A DNA stretch of 64,000 bases from Octopus sinensis (Eukaryota). The notes below the pieces were generated by a model, which was not told the origin of the DNA, did no database searches, and saw only the letters and a list, made by a program, of their open reading frames with translations. The position numbers and the translations under genes are program-made. The DNA lies in the NCBI RefSeq assembly GCF_006345805.1, contig NC_042997.1, positions 105,772,001 to 105,836,000 of the forward strand, given 5' to 3'. Shown in pieces: positions 53,143 through 64,000 of the stretch (positions are counted from its first letter, which is position 1; every line of letters begins with the position of its first letter).

Positions 53143-53274
53143 GCATGGAACTGTTCGAATACTCCGGATGGCGCTCGAAAAATAAGGGGTGCTACCTTAG
53201 TTCACTGGTTGTGAACAGCTGGCACCGTAGTACATCTCCAGTGTTAGAAGCTGTGCAGAGACAACAACAACAAC

Positions 53275-53306
<32 letters not shown>

Positions 53307-53335
53307 TAATAATAATGATGATGATGATGATGATT
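51440..53335. repeat. Microsatellite field including (TAA), (GAT), (GGT), (TATG), a ~0.5-kb GA-rich purine tract (52340-52860) and (CTA)/(TAA)
   Basis: Directly visible. Confidence 0.9.
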
Positions 53336-54042
53336 TATCTTATTAACCGCAAGGGTTTAAATTAAGAAAAACGTTATGGACAGTACCGGTCAAAATAAAG
53401 AATGTTTGTGTGTTTGTGTTGTTATGAGGGTTTTGCGCGTAAATAAAAAAAAAAGCAAAATTTGTAAAAATCAACGATGTGTGATCCTCACTAGAGAGGA
53501 TACGCTCGAGGGTTGCTCATGGAAAAAAAAACCATAAAATCAGTGGAAAATGCTCCTCCGTAAGAAAGAAATGACAAATATTTGCTGTGTAAGGCGGCGT
53601 ACATCAGCCATACAGACCAGAATAACCAGTCCCCTTCAGGCTATTTCATAGGAACATTGATCATAATCACTTCCGAACTTTCATCCACCAAGAGATCTGG
53701 TGCAAATGAGACCCTGAGTACTTTAATCAGATCCTCTGCTCAGCCTCAAAGCTGGTACCAGCCACGGACTTATCTCTTCTGATACCGAGTAAGAAGCCCC
53801 CAGAATTGTCTTGGTTACTAAATACTCCCATCATTTCCTAATACTCCCTTTGTGATACTATTATACAAACAATTAATCCTGCTCAAACAATCAACATTGT
53901 TCAAGTCGATAAAATATTACCCTCATCCAGATTGTTGATATTATATATATATATATATATATATATAAATATAGGGATGGTATTATTAAAATACCATCAC
54001 AAGTGGTAAGCAAATTATCAGCCGTACAGGCAAATTAATAAA

Positions 54043-54340
54043 ATATATACATACAATATTAGATATATATACACAAGGGTACTACATGAGTACCTACGAG
54101 TATATCGCTAATTATAGAAGTCAAAAAATACTTCTGTGCCACAAATCTCTTAGAGATAAGATAGGAAAAAATATCAGTGACCAATAATAATGTCTTACTT
54201 CAAATGGGTATCTTGTCTGTAATAGATTTGTGACTATTCGGTGGTACAGAAGTATTTTTTGATTTCTATCATTAGCGATATAGGTACTCATGTAGTGCCC
54301 TTGTGTATATATGCACATATCTAATACTGTATGTATATAT
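54043..54340. mobile_element. MITE/foldback-like element: ~100-bp inverted arms with a ~100-bp spacer
   Basis: 54043-54142 is the imperfect reverse complement of 54241-54340. Confidence 0.8.
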
Positions 54341-54420
54341 ATATATATATATATATACATACAGTATTAGATATGTACATATATACACATATATACACAT
54401 ATATAAATATATAGGTGTTG

Positions 54421-54720
54421 CGGCGCAATGGCCCAGTCGTTAGGGCAGCGGACTCGCGGTCGGAGGATCGCGGTTTCGATTCCCAGACCGGGCGTTGTGA
54501 GTGTTTATTGAGCGAAAACACCTAAAGCTCCACGAGGCTCCGGCAGGGGGTGGTGGCGATCCCTGCTGTACTCTTTCGCCACAACCTTCTCTCACTCTTT
54601 CCCCTGTTGGCCTGCCCGCTTAGCCAGCGGGGTGGCGTCATTTGAAGGCTAAAACAATGCGAAGCGCATTGTGACCAGCGATGTGTAGCAACATCTGATA
54701 GACTGGTCGGTCACGGTGAT
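54421..54720 (+). mobile_element. tRNA-derived SINE family C, full-length
   Basis: A-box-like TGGCCCAGTCGTTAGG and B-box-like GGTTTCGATTCCC; 4 copies in the window. Confidence 0.9.
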
Positions 54721-55182
54721 ATATATATATATATATATCACAGTCAAAGAAGGGTTTGAGATTTACTACAGCTGTTTCAGACGTGTTGTTTATTGATGAA
54801 CAAAATTGTTGACGTTTTATTCAGGTGAATTAAGAGTAAAATTTAACACTTAAGATTCCTTACAAAAAATTGAACATAGTGCAAGCAGTCAATTCTCCCA
54901 TCTATGTTACCGATGCGTTGGAGCCGCAGCCTATAGTCGACTGTGGAAGACGTACTGTGAGTATAGCCCTGTATGATTTCGAGTACTTGTAAAGTGTGCT
55001 AACTGGAGTGACAAATCCGAATTTACTTTCGCAAGAACGTATAGGTCAGCACAATTTGTTAGTGGACAGGTATGCTATCCCCGATTCTACCTGGGTGCTT
55101 TGTTATTTAAATACCCTGATTCTTTCGGATCCTGAAAATTTCAGAAGAGGAACAGTGATTAATATATATTCTTTAACTCTTT

Positions 55183-55478
55183 TGCTCTTTTATTTGTTTC
55201 AGTCATTTGACTGCAGCTATACTGGAGCACTGACTTTAATCGAACAAATCGATCCCAGGACTCATTCTTTGTAAGCCTAGTACTTGTTCTATCGGGGTCT
55301 TTTTTTTTTTTTGCAGAACCGCTAAGTTACAGAGACGTAAACACACCAGCATCGGTTGTCAAGCGATAGTGGGGTGACAAACACAGATATACAAACGCAT
55401 ACACACACACACACACACACACATAAACACGTAGATTGGGACTGAACCCAGGACCATGTGGTTGGGAAGCAAGCCGCT
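55183..55478 (-). mobile_element. SINE family B with an internal deletion
   Basis: Tail and head match family B; the CORE-like middle is missing. Confidence 0.75.
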
Positions 55479-56795
55479 TATAAAAATTACTGTTTCGCTT
55501 TTTGCCCACTGAATTCAGACAAAGTAAAGAGGATGTAGCTCACTAATCTTAGTAATAGTGGTACCGTTATGCAAACTATCTGTTCTGCTTTTAATCAACG
55601 TCATTACTTATCCTCTGTTTCTATATACTCTTGATCCCTCTTACATAATGAGTGGAATATATATCGCTGGTGAGGTTTCATAAAACTGAAAAATATTTGT
55701 TGCTTTGACCTGTTGGCTTCAAAGATCATTTCAATCCGCCATTATTAATAATGTCTGAAAATTTCAATCAGTTGATCTGATTAAACTTATCTCCCTTGTT
55801 TGTTGCTTTTAGCTTTTAAACACCCGTGAGAGAGATTTTGTCAAATCATTGTTTGGGTCATATCAGTTGTTCGAAGGTTTCTTTAACTAACTTTATTACG
55901 GAAGTGAGATCCGGCCAATGTAGTACCAGGAAAATGTGCTGGATGGGCAGCGGTTCACATTTTGACAACTGGACTGACCAGTGTCCATTTAAACTCTTAA
56001 TGTAGCTCTCGTTTTACCTCATTTAGATGCTAGGCACTTAGATTGGTATGGTACACATACATGCTAAGGATGATGACGATTACAACGACGATGTTCATAA
56101 TGATAATGATGATGATTATAACGACGAAGATGCTCATGAGGATGAGGATGAAGATGATGATGACGGTGGTAGTGGTGGTGGTGTTAGTGTTGTTATTGTT
56201 GGTGGTGGTGGAGGTGGTGGTTGTAGTAGTGATGGAGGGATGGTGATATTATGTGTAAGGGAATAGAAAGGGAGGAGGAAGGCTTGCACAGATGCCCATT
56301 ACGATGACGATGACAAGCATATTGTTTACGACAGCGTATCCGATGGCGATCGTGATGATCGTGATTGCTACTAGTTTGATCGTGATAGGCTGTTGTGGTA
56401 ATATCGATGAGGCTAATGATGATTTAGACGTCGATTTATTAAGATGATGATGATGGTGGTGATGGTGATGACGCTGATGATGATGATGATGAGGAGGAGG
56501 AGGAGGAGGAAGAGAGAGAGAAGGAGGAGGAAGAGGGAGAGAAGGAGGAGGAAGAGGAGGCTAATGATGATTTAGACGTCGATTTATTAAGATGATGATG
56601 ATGATGATGATGATGATGACGAGGAAGAGGACGAGGAGAAAGAAGAGTAGGATAACGATGCTGATGACGATAGATGATGGTGTAGAAGTGGGGGATGAAG
56701 AGAAAAAGGAAAAGAAAGAGGAGTTGGCTGATGACAAAGACGACAACGTTAATGACGATTAGGATATTGACGAAAGCAGCAACAACTATGGTGTG

Positions 56796-56975
56796 GAGGC
56801 GCAATGGCCCAGTGGTTAGGGCAGCGGACTCGCAGTCGAAAGAAAGCGGTTTCGATTCCCAAACCGGGCATTGTGAATGTTTATTGAGCAAAAACACCTA
56901 AGCTTCTCGAGGCTCCGGCGGGGAGTAGTAGTGAACCCCGCTGTACTCTTTCACCGCAACATTTTCTCAGTTTTT
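56796..56975 (+). mobile_element. SINE family C, 5' part, diverged
   Basis: GGCGCAATGGCCCAGTGGTTAGGGCAGCGGACTCGC head. Confidence 0.8.
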
Positions 56976-57917
56976 CTTTCTATTTCTGCCACAAAGCAGA
57001 GGAACCATGGTGTAACCCACTATGGTGTGGTAAACTTTCAGACCCTAGTCTAGATTGCGAATCCTCTGTACCCCAGGATGGTTCAGCTCTCCACCCGTTA
57101 AAAGCCACTGCTTACGGAATGAGGATAACAACGTAGCTTTCGCGCCCGTGCAACCGCCAGTCTATCGCGTGTGTTGGGTGAATCTTCAAGTTGCCACACG
57201 CATTCTTTGTAGCTTAGAGTAGGCTCGAATTATAGATTATTCTTTGCGGCTAATGGCGTGAGTCCTGATTGGAAGAAGAAGAAGAAGAAGAAAAAGAAGA
57301 AGAAAAAAACTACGGTGACAACGAAGATGATCATGATCATGATCATGATGATCATGATGGTGGTGGTGGTGGTAGTAGTGGTGGTGGCGGTAATGGTGGT
57401 GAGGGAGTGTCGGTAGTGGCTGTGGCGACGGCGGCAGTTTTAATGGCAGTGGTTATGGTGTGGGCATTTTCTATTGCACCATAACTAATCTATATTTCCG
57501 AATAAAATATTTTTCTTTACCATTTTACGAATACATATCGATACACATTACTGCGCAAGTACTTGAATGTGTATTTGTGAACATGTGTAGTAGTATATCG
57601 AAAATATGATTAAACGACTGTATGTTTTACATAGAGTAGTGAAACTGGAAATGCTGAACATTATATGTAATCTCGATTATGCTATAGTCAATTATGTTCA
57701 TATCTTTATATAACTCTTCTCATTTTCTCCCCACCCTCTCTCTCTCGCTCTCTCGCTTTCTCTCTCTCTCACTCTCTCTCTCTCTCTCTCGCTCTCTCTC
57801 TCTTGTAGATACACATACATGCATACAAACACACACTCATACACATACACACATATATATGTATATATATTCACATGCATATATTCATACATATGTATAT
57901 ATATACGCACATATATA

Positions 57918-57962
<45 letters not shown>

Positions 57963-57964
57963 TA

Positions 57965-58006
<42 letters not shown>

Positions 58007-58202
58007 ATATATATATATACTCTCACATACACACACATGCACACACACATATATGTACAAATATCCATGCGAGTATTTTGTACGTTTATAATATTCAGTT
58101 ATTTATATGCAGATGTAAACTAATATTTCAATATACCCTCATATCACTCCGTCATTTTCCCTCTGTTGATATTTCTTATTTATCTTTCTCTCCCTAAATA
58201 AT

Positions 58203-58234
<32 letters not shown>

Positions 58235-60947
58235 CCTATCTTTCTGTCCATCTATCTACTGGTCTGTCTTGCCATCTATCTGTCTATCTATCGCTCTACC
58301 GACCCATCTCTATCTGTCTATTTTTCTATCCATCGCTTTCTCATTACTCTGTCATTTTTAATTACAAGCATTATTATTGCGATAGAAATTAATATAAATT
58401 TACAGCTAAAAAGAATCCACTCTGCTGAATATAAATAACTATCATTTCTGCAATATTTTCTGCAATACTTTCCTAGATTAACACTTAATCTGTATGAGAA
58501 CATGAAGGCAATCTCATTTTAGTTCCTATAAAAGACAGTAACGTACTAAACATTTTGTACCTTATCCGTTTCAGAACTTCAACACTATACACTAAACAGC
58601 GATTTCTATTTCTCTATTTACGATCGACTCACATCGACCAATGAACCCTTTTCGTTTCATTTATAGAGAGTGACTCTTAAACACATATAGATTACGTCTC
58701 AAACAGCATTTCAAATAATTGCTTTTAGTGGCAAGGTACAAAACAACTTCATTTGTTAAAACTGACTGTCCAGCGATGTAGAAATCCTTTCAGACACATC
58801 CGATTATGTTGGCAGTAAAAGTTTATTCCTTCACATTAACTCTATTCATATTCAATGAAAAGAAATAGTGTTCACTGCTTGAAGAGGAGTTTGCAATTCA
58901 TTGTATGAAGCGTTTCAATATGGCGTTCAGCATTCAAACTGCATTTTTACCGCTTCAATTAGCAGCGTGTAGTTACAGCAGCGATTGATTACCTCCCTTG
59001 ACACAAGTCAGTATTGCTTTGCAAATATGCGAAATTTACTGTTTAGCTTTATGCGCTCACACAAATGAGCTCTTGCTTCGTTGCATATAGTGATATTCAT
59101 AAGGACACCATAAACAAGAATGGATTATGAAATCATCTATAGATGTTAGCAAGTTATTACTAGCTGGAGTACATTTAGCTGTTTTTATTTCTAAGCCGAT
59201 CTTTTCACGTTCAACTTAACTAGCTGTGATATTTGATTTATAAATCATTACTTTATTTATTTTGGTTATAAAGCTTCGGAGAAATTTCAAATAAACCATT
59301 AGAACTCGTTATTTACTTCTTTCTCCATTAACATTTATCAAATGATAATGGTTGCTCATTTTGATAAGATATTTGTTCATTAAATTTATTCATTCATTTC
59401 GTTATTTATTAGTTATTTTACCGTGCACATTTCAATATCAATATCTTTTGAAGCTAGAATGTAAATGGAAAATTATTCAAATTTTAAAGTTAAATTTTTA
59501 CCTTGTTTCCAGTATGATAACAGAATTGCCTTGTTAGTATTGCAATTGAAGGCTCCGCTTAGAGGTAAATTATACATTAAATAAAGTATGTTGCGTTGTA
59601 GTTTATTGAATTATAAAATGTTTCCTATCTGTACGTCTGTATGCCTGTATGTTTGTATGCTTGTAACTATACTTCTGTTGGAAAGTTTTGGTTTTTATTC
59701 ATTTTTTATTTCATTCCTCTCTATATGTGTGTGAATATTTGTCAGTATATGTGTGAATATGTGTCTGTATGCGTGTATTTGTGTATGTACGTTTGGTGTG
59801 TGAGTGAGCATGCGTATGTGGCTGGTGATTTTTGTGCGTGTTCGACAGAAAATTTAGTGTACACAAGAATGAGAAAGCAATGAACGTTGTGACATAAGCT
59901 AAGCTAAATTGCATTTATTTTGTGCATTACTATACAGAAGGGTGTTGTGAAAAGTCGTGTTTATATAGTAATAAGATCACTTTATTATAAATACGGATAA
60001 GTGAGGTAAAAAAGAAGAAACCATAGAGTAGAGCTCCGTACAAAATGCTTATTTGTTAGTACATAATCTTAAACATTAAATTACTTCTACCCTTCACTTT
60101 CTCTCTCTCTCACTCCCCTCTCTTTACCCCTCTCTCTTTTTTCTCTCTTTTTTTATTCACACTTTTTCCTTTCAATGTTTTTCCCTCTCTTGAGGGTGAA
60201 AAGCTGTCGTGGTAGATTTTATTGTTCTCCCCTCAGATATTCGGATGGTGTATATATATATTATATATATATATATATATATTGTGTGTATGTGTGTGTG
60301 TGTATGTGTGTGTATGTGTGCATGTGTATCTATGGGTGTGTGTATGTGCGTGCGTGCATGCGTATGTGTGTGTGTATATATATATATATATGTGTGTATA
60401 TATATATATGTGTGTATATATATATATGTACGCATGTATGTATGTATGCTTATATAAAATACAAACAAAAAATTAGCTAGATAGGTAAAAAGTTAGAGAT
60501 AGATACGGATATATGTATTTATATATGTATATATGTATATATACACGTATACATCTATAAGTGAGTATCTGTATGTGTATATATATGCATACATATAGGA
60601 AAGCGCATAGATTAGTGTTTGGGGTATTCGGTTCCCGATCGTAAAGTCGTGAGTTCGATACCCAGGAGTACATCGTGTTCTTTATGCCATGTTGTTCCTG
60701 ACCACTCAGCTCGCAAAAGTGAGACGTATCTGTATTTCAGAGGACCAGCCTTGTGACATCTTGTGTCAATCTGAATCTCCCTGAGAACTACACTATGCTT
60801 ACCTGTGCCTGTGGTGTGCCTCATCCACTTGCAACGCTAATTTTACGAGCTGGATACATTTGTGTGTGCGTGTGTGTGTGCGCGCCTGTGGATTTGTATG
60901 TATGTGTATGTGCATATATTGATGGCAGCCGTTGTCTTTAACATGTA

Positions 60948-60989
<42 letters not shown>

Positions 60990-61348
60990 TATTTCCCCCT
61001 TCTTCTGCTGCTTCTTCTTCTTCTACTCCTCCTCCTTCTTCTTTTTCTCCCCTCCTCCTCCTCTCCCCCCTTCTTCTTTTTCTTCTTCCCTACCAAGAAT
61101 TCACAACGACCTCGAACCAACAAGAGTAAACAATAGAGATTCTTTTAAAAAACTTTTCTTTTAATTTTTCCAAAATTTAATTGTTTTCCATACTTACAGT
61201 TGAAAAAGTCTCAATGACTGAATCCGGTACTGAAATGTTTTTATAAAATTTTTTAGTATTTTCTACCTTGACTTGTGTTTCCATATATATCAACTTGTGT
61301 GTTCCTTTTCAACCTTGTAAACACACACACAAACACACACACACACAT

Positions 61349-61431
<83 letters not shown>

Positions 61432-61432
61432 C

Positions 61433-61487
<55 letters not shown>

Positions 61488-61502
61488 TACAGAGAGACAG
61501 AC

Positions 61503-61547
<45 letters not shown>

Positions 61548-62155
61548 GGTAGATAGATAGATAGTGAGAAATAAGAGTTAAAATGCTCTAATGCTGCAGT
61601 GAACGCACATTAGAGCTTTTTAGCATTTATTTCTAGCAATGTAGGTGTTTCTAACACTGCTCTCTCACTCAATAATGATAATAATAATATTGCAAACAGC
61701 TGCTTAGATTAATTTTATATATACATATATGAGTGAGTGGACAAACGAAATAAAGGACACTCAACACATTTATTGGAAGTTCAATGTATTATTCAAAACA
61801 GTTGATTCGGATTCCATGCTACTACAAGTTTCTAAGGCCCTTAAGGAGCCTGTCTCATGTGAGCGTATATACATTTGTGTGTGTGTATGTGTGTGTGTGC
61901 GTGTGTGCGCGCGTGTGTGTGTGTGCGTGGATTTCTATATATGTGTATGTGCAGATATTGATGGCAGCCGTTGTCTCTAGCATGTAGGTTAAGATAATTT
62001 CTTAGTGATTTTCGTACTCGCTTACAAGTCGACAACGGTGCTATATAACAAATGATACGCCAAGCCAGTAAGGACAAAACAAAAGGCAAAACGAAATAAA
62101 GGCACGAAACGGTGTCGCCATTGGTGGAATTGCGACTCGCAAGTCCAAACAAGTA

Positions 62156-62395
62156 CAATAATCCCTTGCCATATCGCGGTTCACCTATCGCGATTCACCT
62201 ATCGCGGTTCACCTATCGTGTTTTATTATTTAATCTTACGTCGATCTATCCGTGGTGTTGTTTTGCATTTATAATAAACTAAATATATACAAATTATAAA
62301 AATAAAAAAAATACAGTACTGTTTCTTCTTCGGGGATTTTCACCTATCACAGGGGCTTTTGGAACGTAACACCGGCAATAGTCGAGGGATTACTG
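62156..62395. mobile_element. pogo/Tigger-like MITE (240 bp) with TA target duplication
   Basis: TA|CAATAATCCCTTGCC...GTCGAGGGATTACTG|TA; internal 14-bp TTCACCTATCGCGG repeats. Confidence 0.8.
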
Positions 62396-62439
62396 TACTG
62401 GAACGTACTTTGTCCAACACTACGCTGATAATAATATTA

Positions 62440-62958
62440 CGGCCTACAAAGAGCAAAGATGTGGTATGAGAAAACTTCAGAGGGAGTTACAGAAAATTGA
62501 GAATGGCAAAATCCTATGGGATGCAATGATTCAGTGCCATCACCCGATAAGACATAGGAAACCGGAGATTGTTGTAGTGAATAAAAACGAAAGAACATGT
62601 AAGATAATCGACATAGCATGCCCCTGTGACAACAAGATGAATGTGAAAGAAGAAGAAACAATAAACAACTATGACGATTTGAAGTGGGAAATACGAAGGC
62701 TGTGGTCAATGAAGAGAATAGACGTGATACCAATAACTGCTGCTCTTGGAAGTATCAGCACTCAATTACAAACATGGCTGAAAAAGATCGGTGCAAGTCT
62801 GTAGATAGAACACCTACAAAAATCAGCATTGCTTGGAAATGCAAGAATTCTTCGCAGGGTTCTTGAAGCATGACCAGTAAACAGGTGTCACCTTAGTCTG
62901 CTGGGTGCGGACAGTTGACACTTTCCATCGTGCCCAGTAAAATAAGCTGTGAGTTTTC

Positions 62959-62960
<2 letters not shown>
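62440..62960 (+). pseudogene. Dong/R4-type LINE 3' end: restriction-like endonuclease domain plus 3' UTR, followed by (TAA)n
   Basis: WYE...KILWD...RKPEIVVV...IIDIACPCD...K..EIRRLW...VIP..ALG...LQKSALLGNARILRRVLEA*. Confidence 0.9.
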
Positions 62961-63000
<40 letters not shown>

Positions 63001-63001
<1 letters not shown>

Positions 63002-63480
63002 CTGATTGGAGGTGTTATCATGTACATTGTTTTGTCTTGGTATAAAAGATGGGTTAAAGCAAATATTCTTAATACCACAGATTTGCTTGTCAGTTGTTTC
63101 ACCATAACCAGTTGAGCATGTCCCTTAGTGGCTGACGATATGTACTTCTCTGATCACGAGCAGAAGTAGTGTGGGAGCATCATAGCCATGTGTTGAGAGG
63201 GATTCTTTGGGGTTTGAATAAATCACCTCGGGAAACATGGGTGTTTCGTTCAACATTCTTAAACAACCCTTATTTTCGACCAGAAGAAAATTCTAACTGG
63301 GCCCCGCCTGCAAGGTCCTGTGCTGTTTATCTTGATATCAGATTACCATGTAGCGCACATATGGTTGTGATGCATGTGGTTAGTGTACCCTTATCAGACG
63401 GGTAGTCATGATGGGTATACTGGGGTTCGTATATTTTACCCCAGTGTCACTTTGATGGCATGCACTGCTCTCTCACTCAA
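63001..63480 (+). mobile_element. Non-coding repeat family D, between (TAA)n tracts
   Basis: Homologous to 41634-42204; about 48 nt shorter at the 5' end. Confidence 0.85.
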
Positions 63481-63485
63481 TAATG

Positions 63486-63554
<69 letters not shown>

Positions 63555-63557
<3 letters not shown>

Positions 63558-63955
63558 CTTTCTACTGTAGACACAAGGTCTGAAATTTGGAGGAAGGGAT
63601 TAAGTCGATTACATCGACCCCAGTACTCAACTAGTACTTATTTAATCGGCCCCGAAAGGAAGAAAGGCAAAGTAGACCTCGGCGGAATTTGCATTCAGAA
63701 CGTAACGACGGGCAAAATACCTATTTCTTTACTACCCACAAGGGGCTAAACACAGAGGGGACAAACAAGGACAGACAAACGGATTAAGTCGATTACATCG
63801 ACCTCAGTGCGTAAAACTGGTACTTAATTTATCGACCCCGAAATGATGAAAGGCAACGTCGACCTCGGCGGAATTTGAACTCAAAACGTAATGGCAGACG
63901 AAATACGGCTACACATTTCGCCCGGCGTGCTAACGTTTCTGCCAGCTCGCCGCCT
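63555..63955 (-). mobile_element. Composite family A SINE (full copy plus second core and tail); another copy begins at ~63975
   Basis: Reverse-complement match to family A. Confidence 0.85.
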
Positions 63956-64000
63956 TTATAATAATGATAATAATGGTCTCAAATTTTGCCACAAGGGCAG

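Noticed and set aside
54421-54495. Possible tRNA gene
   Set aside because: It continues into a 300-bp multicopy body and lacks a proper acceptor stem; it is a SINE head
54765-54810. Minus-strand GAAACAGCUGUA (palindromic stem III)
   Set aside because: No CUGANGA or stem II on either side

Overview
Eukaryotic, AT-rich, non-genic DNA (intergenic or inside a giant intron), saturated with microsatellites and interspersed repeats, with one 100-N scaffold gap (24870-24969). The repeat families and microsatellite density suggest an octopus/coleoid cephalopod (inference; no database search was possible). I found no host protein-coding exon, rRNA, intact tRNA or CRISPR array, and most listed ORFs are translated microsatellites. 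Recognisable coding relics are all decayed transposons: two mariner transposases, one RTE-type and one CR1/L2-type reverse transcriptase, and four Dong/R4-type (RLE) LINE fragments. There are several SINE-like families (my labels A-E) and four foldback/MITE elements. The most interesting signal is RNA structure: several unrelated non-coding, Penelope-like repeats carry hammerhead ribozyme (HHR) motifs. These are two type I HHRs with canonical cores, a 363-bp unit with a compensated U3-A8 core in two divergent copies, and three sequence-unrelated elements on the minus strand whose HHR strands are in a non-circularly permuted order (NUH+stem I, then GAAA+stem III, then CUGANGA) with covarying helices and near-identical spacing. 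A second pattern is a ~0.5-kb non-coding element stacked behind Dong/R4 3' ends inside (TAA)n tracts at two loci. Ribozyme folds were paired by eye and are untested; repeat boundaries are approximate (about 10-30 bp).
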